Assembly: GCA_027622375.1 (NCBI GenBank)
Contig: JAQCAB010000002.1
Coordinates: forward strand, 95,663-159,662
Reading direction: 5' to 3'
Length of the DNA stretch: 64,000 nt
Origin: Bacteroidota bacterium
Lineage (GTDB): Bacteria > Bacteroidota > Ignavibacteria > UBA10030 > UBA8401
The position numbers were made by a program, and so were the translations under genes. The notes beneath the pieces were generated by a model. It made no database searches, was not told the origin of the DNA, and saw nothing but the letters and a program-made list of their open reading frames with translations. Shown piece by piece: positions 59,136-64,000 of this stretch (position 1 is the first letter of the stretch; each line of letters starts with the position of its first letter).

Positions 59136-60094
59136 TATTTTATAATTGTACCAACTCTATCAAGTCGCAAACTCTCAAGTTTTCCAAAAATATTTGTAAG
59201 TGGTAAGTTTGTATCCCAAGACCAATAAACAAACATTGGTGTGCCGACCAAATTTTCTTTTGGAATAAAACCCCAATATCTGCTATCTAAACTGTTATCG
59301 CGATTGTCACCAATCCCAAATAAATAATCTTGTTCAACACTGTATTCATTTTTAAATACACCATCAATTAATAAACCATTTTCTTGAAACTCAACTTTAT
59401 GCCCTTCACGTTTAATAAAAGTTACCCAATATGGAATTGTTTGATTGTCTAAATTTATTTTCATCCCTTTAAATGGAATTACAATCGGTCCATAATTATC
59501 TTCATTAAATGGAGAAGTTGGTGGAAAAATTCTTGAATCAGAATAATTATTTGGTAAAATATTTTGACTATTAAAATTTACATGTCGTGGTAAATTTGCC
59601 GGAGCTCCATTTAAATAAATTGCACGATTTATTATTTGTAAAGTATCTTTTGGTAATGCAAGGCAACGTTTTAAATAATATGTAAATGCTTCGGATTTTA
59701 CTTCATCGCGATTTCCAGGGAATTCAAAAACAATTACATCATTTCGTTCAACTTCACGGAATTTTGGAATTTTAAACCAAGGCAAACGAACATCTGTAAA
59801 CATAATATTACGTGGTGATGTACCGCCATAAATAAATTTATTTACCAGTAAAAAGTCACCAGTCATAACTTCATTTTCCATTGAACCGGTTGGAACAACA
59901 AATGATGCAATTAAAAAATTATTTAAAATCAAAAAAAGAACTAAAACAATACCCCACTCTTTAACTTGATACAGAAATTTTTCCTTAAAAGTTTTTGGTG
60001 GATTTATTTCTTTTTTCCAACGGAGAAAATTTATAAACTTTCTCCAAGTATTATTTTTATCGTTTATATTCATTTCCATTTTTTTAATCTCCAA
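59135..60094 (-). CDS. lepB: Signal peptidase I
   Basis: '[23 protein letters not shown]' with the catalytic Ser, and '[17 protein letters not shown]'. Confidence 0.88.
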   Translation of the reverse strand: MEIKKMEMNINDKNNTWRKFINFLRWKKEINPPKTFKEKFLYQVKEWGIVLVLFLILNNFLIASFVVPTGSMENEVMTGDFLLVNKFIYGGTSPRNIMFTDVRLPWFKIPKFREVERNDVIVFEFPGNRDEVKSEAFTYYLKRCLALPKDTLQIINRAIYLNGAPANLPRHVNFNSQNILPNNYSDSRIFPPTSPFNEDNYGPIVIPFKGMKINLDNQTIPYWVTFIKREGHKVEFQENGLLIDGVFKNEYSVEQDYLFGIGDNRDNSLDSRYWGFIPKENLVGTPMFVYWSWDTNLPLTNIFGKLESLRLDRVGTIIK

Positions 60095-61886
60095 TTGAAA
60101 GTACAGCTAAAAACGCTTCTTGTGGAAGTTCAACTCTACCAACTTGCTTCATTCGTTTTTTTCCTTCTTTTTGTTTATCTAATAGTTTTCTTTTTCTGCT
60201 TATATCACCACCATAACATTTTGCTATAACATTTTTACGCATTGCCGAAATTGATGTGCGCGAAATTACTTTACTTCCAATTGCTGATTGAATTGCAATG
60301 TCAAACATTTGACGGTGAATAAGATCTTTAAGTTTACTGCAAAGTTTTTTACCAACTTCAAATGATTTATCACGATGTACAATTGTTGATAAAGCATCAA
60401 CTTGTTCACCATTTAATAAGATATCCAGCTTTACAAGATCACTTTCTCGATAATCAATAAACTCGTAATCAAGAGAAGCATATCCACGAGTTAAAGATTT
60501 TAGTTTATCATAAAAATCAAAAATAATTTCAGATAGTGGAAACTCGTAAGTTACATCTGCTCTTGTTGGATCAAAGTAATGTGTGTTTTTCCAAATACCA
60601 CGTCTCTCATTACAAAGAGTCATAATATTACCAATGTATTCAGTTGGTGTAATTATTTGCGCTTTAATATATGGCTCTTCAATTTTTTCAATCATTCCAG
60701 CTACTGGCATATCTGCTGGATTATCAATAATTAATTTTTCAGAATTAGTTTTGTAAACATGCAACTCAACGTTTGGGACAGTTGTAATTAAATTTTGATT
60801 GTATTCTCTTTCTAATCTTTCTTGAATAATTTCCATATGAAGTAATCCAAGAAATCCACAACGGAAACCGAATCCAAGAGCAGTGCTTGTTTCAGTTTCA
60901 TAAACTAAAGATGAATCATTCAAACTTAATTTTTCAAGAGAGTCGCGCAACTCTGCAAAATTATCACTATTGGATGGATAAAGCCCACTAAATACCATCG
61001 GCTTAACTTCTTTATATCCTGGGAGTGGAGTTGTTGCGCCATCTTCGTTTAAAGTAATTGTGTCACCAACTTTTGTGTCGTGGACATCTTTTAAACCAGC
61101 AATTACATATCCAACATCACCGGCTAAAAGCTCGCCAGTTCTTTGTCGCTTCATAAATAAATTACCAACTTCATCAACTATTGCAACTGTACCTTTGTGG
61201 AAAAATTTTATTTTTGATTTTTCAGTAAGTTTTCCATCAACAACACGAACATAAGCAACTGATCCACGGTAAGAATCAAATACAGAATCAAATACTAATG
61301 CTCTTAAAGGTTTGTTTGTATCTCCTTTTGGTGGGGGAATATATTTTACAACTGCTTCAAGAATTTCATTAATTCCAATTCCAGTTTTTGCACTTGCTTT
61401 AATAATATCATCGGGCGAGCATCCAATTAAATTTACAATTTCAGAAGTAACTCTATCAATCATTGTTGCGGCTGAAGGTAAATCAATTTTATTTAATACA
61501 GGAATTATTTCAAGTCCCGATTCAATTGCAAGATATAAATTACTAATTGTTTGAGCTTCAATACCTTGTGTTGCGTCAACAACAAGTATTGCTCCTTCGC
61601 AAGCTGCTAATGAACGAGAAACTTCGTACGAAAAATCAACATGACCGGGAGTATCAATTAAATTTAAAGAGTATTTATTTCCATCCTTTGCATTGTAATA
61701 CATTTTAATAGCATGCAACTTTATTGTAATACCACGCTCTTGTTCCAATTCCATATCATCAAGAACTTGGTTAACAACCAAATCTCTTTCGGTAATTGTT
61801 CCGGTGTATTCTAGTAATCTATCGGCAAGAGTTGACTTCCCATGGTCAATATGTGCAATTATGCAAAAATTCCTTATTTCTTTCAT
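60084..61886 (-). CDS. lepA: Elongation factor 4 (LepA)
   Basis: '[20 protein letters not shown]' and a length of about 600 aa. Upstream of lepB. Confidence 0.95.
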   Translation of the reverse strand: MKEIRNFCIIAHIDHGKSTLADRLLEYTGTITERDLVVNQVLDDMELEQERGITIKLHAIKMYYNAKDGNKYSLNLIDTPGHVDFSYEVSRSLAACEGAILVVDATQGIEAQTISNLYLAIESGLEIIPVLNKIDLPSAATMIDRVTSEIVNLIGCSPDDIIKASAKTGIGINEILEAVVKYIPPPKGDTNKPLRALVFDSVFDSYRGSVAYVRVVDGKLTEKSKIKFFHKGTVAIVDEVGNLFMKRQRTGELLAGDVGYVIAGLKDVHDTKVGDTITLNEDGATTPLPGYKEVKPMVFSGLYPSNSDNFAELRDSLEKLSLNDSSLVYETETSTALGFGFRCGFLGLLHMEIIQERLEREYNQNLITTVPNVELHVYKTNSEKLIIDNPADMPVAGMIEKIEEPYIKAQIITPTEYIGNIMTLCNERRGIWKNTHYFDPTRADVTYEFPLSEIIFDFYDKLKSLTRGYASLDYEFIDYRESDLVKLDILLNGEQVDALSTIVHRDKSFEVGKKLCSKLKDLIHRQMFDIAIQSAIGSKVISRTSISAMRKNVIAKCYGGDISRKRKLLDKQKEGKKRMKQVGRVELPQEAFLAVLSIGD

Positions 61887-62156
61887 TTAATATATTTATC
61901 TCTCTATTATAGTGGCAGTAGGGAAAAAGTTGCACAATTTAATAGTAATATTCATTAAGTGCAATTTAGATCTAATAGAATTACAGAAGTTAAATAATAT
62001 TTATATATTACAAAATACTTGCAATATTGTATTAAAAACCATATTGTAGCAGCGATCAGATATGATATTGAAGGTTTGATTTTATAAAAATTATATTTTC
62101 TTATCAAAAATATTATACTAATGTGAATTCACAATATAATGAAAGGAAGTAGCTAC

Positions 62157-62357
62157 ATGGAAGTTGGCACTGTGAAATGGTTCAATAACTCAAAAGGCTT
62201 TGGCTTTATACAACGAGAAAGTGGTGAAGATGTATTTGTTCACTTCAAATCGATTGTTGGCGATGGCTACAAGACATTGAATCAAGGAGAAAAAGTGCAA
62301 TTTGAGGTCGAAAACGGCCCCAAAGGTTTACAAGCAACAAACGTATCAAAAGCGTAA
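62157..62357 (+). CDS. cspA: Cold-shock protein (CspA family)
   Basis: '[15 protein letters not shown]' RNP1 motif. SD 'GAAAGGAAG' upstream of the ATG at 62157. Confidence 0.9.
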   Translation: MEVGTVKWFNNSKGFGFIQRESGEDVFVHFKSIVGDGYKTLNQGEKVQFEVENGPKGLQATNVSKA

Positions 62358-62383
62358 TGTAATTTTACTTGTACAAGCACAAC

Positions 62384-62421
62384 TATGAACCCCGTCTTTA
62401 AGATGGGGTTTGTTGTTTTTA
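62384..62421 (+). terminator. Rho-independent terminator after csp
   Basis: CCCCGTC-tttaa-GATGGGG stem (one G-U pair) followed by TTTGTTGTTTTT. Confidence 0.65.
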
Positions 62422-62450
62422 TGAGGATACAATCTTTTTTATATTTCTAA

Positions 62451-63701
62451 ATGAAGATTATTAAATTTTCATTTTCGGTTTTAATTTTTCTGATTTTTTT
62501 TAATTCCTGCACCGAACAAAAAGGTGAAAATGCTTACATAATTATTCCAGGTAATTATCAAGGAATGTATTATTACACTCGTACGCATGGTGGAGTTGAA
62601 GATGATGAAGGGCGCTCAATGGTAACATTATCTGATGGAAATGTTATGATTGTAGGGACTACAAATTCAATCGGCTCCGGTCAAAATGATGCTTGGCTTT
62701 TTAGTGCAGACTCAACAGGCAAACAATTAAGCACCCGACCGATTGGATCAAGTTTAAATGATAGAGCGTACTCAATTTCAAAAGCTTATGATGGTGGATT
62801 TTTAATTGCGGGGACAAGTAACTCATTAAGCTCTCCATCAAATGATGATATGTGGATTATTAAAACATATCCAACGGGAGCAGAAGAATGGCAAACTACA
62901 ACAAGCAGTACAAAAGTTGATAGTGGTTTTTCTGCAATACAAACTACCGATTCATTAATTGCTTTACTTGGCGGAACATCTAAAAATATTACAGGTGATT
63001 TTGATGTTTGGTTTTCAAAATTAAATAAACTTGGAGAAAAACAATACGACTCTGTTTATGGTGGAAGTGGAAATGATATCGGAACGCAAATAATTCAAAC
63101 ATCAGATAAAAATTTATTATTCATTGCAACAACAACTTCATACGGACAAGGGCAGGAAGAAATTTGGTTGGTTAAAACAACTTTAAATGGAACTCGGCTT
63201 TGGTCAAAAACTTTTGGTAGAAATTTAAAAGATGTTCCCTTTAAAGTTTTAGAAACAATTGATGGTTATTTAATTGTTGGATATTCAAATTCGTACACAG
63301 TTTCGCTTGGTGGATTTGGTGGCGAAGATGTTTTTTTAATCAAAACAGATAAAACAGGAACCCGACTTTGGGATCGGCTTTTTGGCGGGAGTGGTGATGA
63401 TAGAGGTTACTCAATTATTTCAACTTCGGATGGTGGCTTTGCAATTACAGGATCAACAAAATCTTTCGGGAGTGGGAACGAAGATGTTTGGTTAATTAAA
63501 CTTGATGCAAATGGAATTAAATTATGGAGCCGTACTTTTGGTGGTAGCGCAAGTGATATTGGATATGATCTTGTTCAAATGCAAGATGGTGGTTTTACAA
63601 TTACGGGGTCAACTACTTCGCTTGGTGCAGGTAAAAAAGATTTATGGTTAATTCGAACTGATAGAAATGGGAATATTACAAATAACGATCAGCAACCATG
63701 A
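62451..63701 (+). CDS. SBBP (seven-bladed beta-propeller) repeat lipoprotein
   Basis: Lipobox 'FFNSCTE' and about 7 repeats of 'GGSGNDxGYSI..TSDGGFxITGSTxSxGSGxxDxWLIK'. Confidence 0.6.
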   Translation: MKIIKFSFSVLIFLIFFNSCTEQKGENAYIIIPGNYQGMYYYTRTHGGVEDDEGRSMVTLSDGNVMIVGTTNSIGSGQNDAWLFSADSTGKQLSTRPIGSSLNDRAYSISKAYDGGFLIAGTSNSLSSPSNDDMWIIKTYPTGAEEWQTTTSSTKVDSGFSAIQTTDSLIALLGGTSKNITGDFDVWFSKLNKLGEKQYDSVYGGSGNDIGTQIIQTSDKNLLFIATTTSYGQGQEEIWLVKTTLNGTRLWSKTFGRNLKDVPFKVLETIDGYLIVGYSNSYTVSLGGFGGEDVFLIKTDKTGTRLWDRLFGGSGDDRGYSIISTSDGGFAITGSTKSFGSGNEDVWLIKLDANGIKLWSRTFGGSASDIGYDLVQMQDGGFTITGSTTSLGAGKKDLWLIRTDRNGNITNNDQQP

Positions 63702-64000
63702 AAATGAAAAATATTAAATCTCCTCGGGGACAAAAATTAATTTGTAAAGGTTGGACACAAGAAGCCGCGTTAAGAATGTTAATGAATAATCTTGATAGAG
63801 AAGTTGCAGAAAAACCGGATGAACTAATTGTTTATGGCGGAACAGGAAAAGCTGCTCGCAATTGGGATTGCTATAATGCAATTGTTAAATCTTTGAAAAA
63901 TTTAAATGATGATGAAACTTTATTAATTCAATCTGGCAAACCTGTCGGAGTTTTTAAAACTCATAAATTTGCACCACGAGTTTTAATTTCAAACTCAATG
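63698..64000 (+). CDS. hutU: Urocanate hydratase (3'-partial, runs off the window)
   Basis: '[52 protein letters not shown]' is a HutU N-terminus. ATGA overlap with the upstream stop. Confidence 0.85.
   Translation, partial: MKMKNIKSPRGQKLICKGWTQEAALRMLMNNLDREVAEKPDELIVYGGTGKAARNWDCYNAIVKSLKNLNDDETLLIQSGKPVGVFKTHKFAPRVLISNSM

Overview
The window is an AT-rich (roughly 30% GC by eye) bacterial chromosome segment densely packed with housekeeping genes. Several proteins carry T9SS-type C-terminal sorting domains (the ...NYPNPFNP... motif), so I infer an FCB-group organism (Bacteroidetes/Ignavibacteria-like). Conserved blocks include lon-dnaX, a TPR/DUF4292-like/M23-peptidase trio, mreD-mrdA-rodA, tig-clpP-clpX, yceD-rpmF-plsX-fabH-fabD-fabG-acpP-fabF-rnc, priA-waaA with LPS-core genes, and lepB-lepA. 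Two short segments stand out: each is compositionally foreign, each sits inside a host ORF, and each is co-oriented with it. Segment 1 (about 7066-9074, visibly higher GC) carries an NhaC-family Na+/H+ antiporter gene with a long N-terminal extension. It splits a clear gltS sodium/glutamate symporter homolog between codon 53 and the rest of the gene. Segment 2 (about 45270-46941, higher GC, ATA/AGA-rich codon usage) carries a GST C-terminal fragment abutting a plant/long-type 6-phosphofructokinase ORF that has no start codon. It splits a secreted EF-hand repeat protein gene. Neither segment has transposase or integrase genes or terminal inverted repeats. Both host genes can be rejoined in frame across a single shared codon (TTT and ATA). 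This could be recent horizontal transfer, an assembly chimera or a constructed insertion. Read-level and BLAST checks are needed to tell these apart. Other notable points are a putative dnaX frameshift/slippage site (an A9 run with a stop 5 codons into the -1 frame), near-identical 243-bp tandem repeats in the EF-hand gene, and T9SS cargo genes including a GH53 galactanase. I found no tRNA or rRNA genes, CRISPR arrays or recognisable IS elements.
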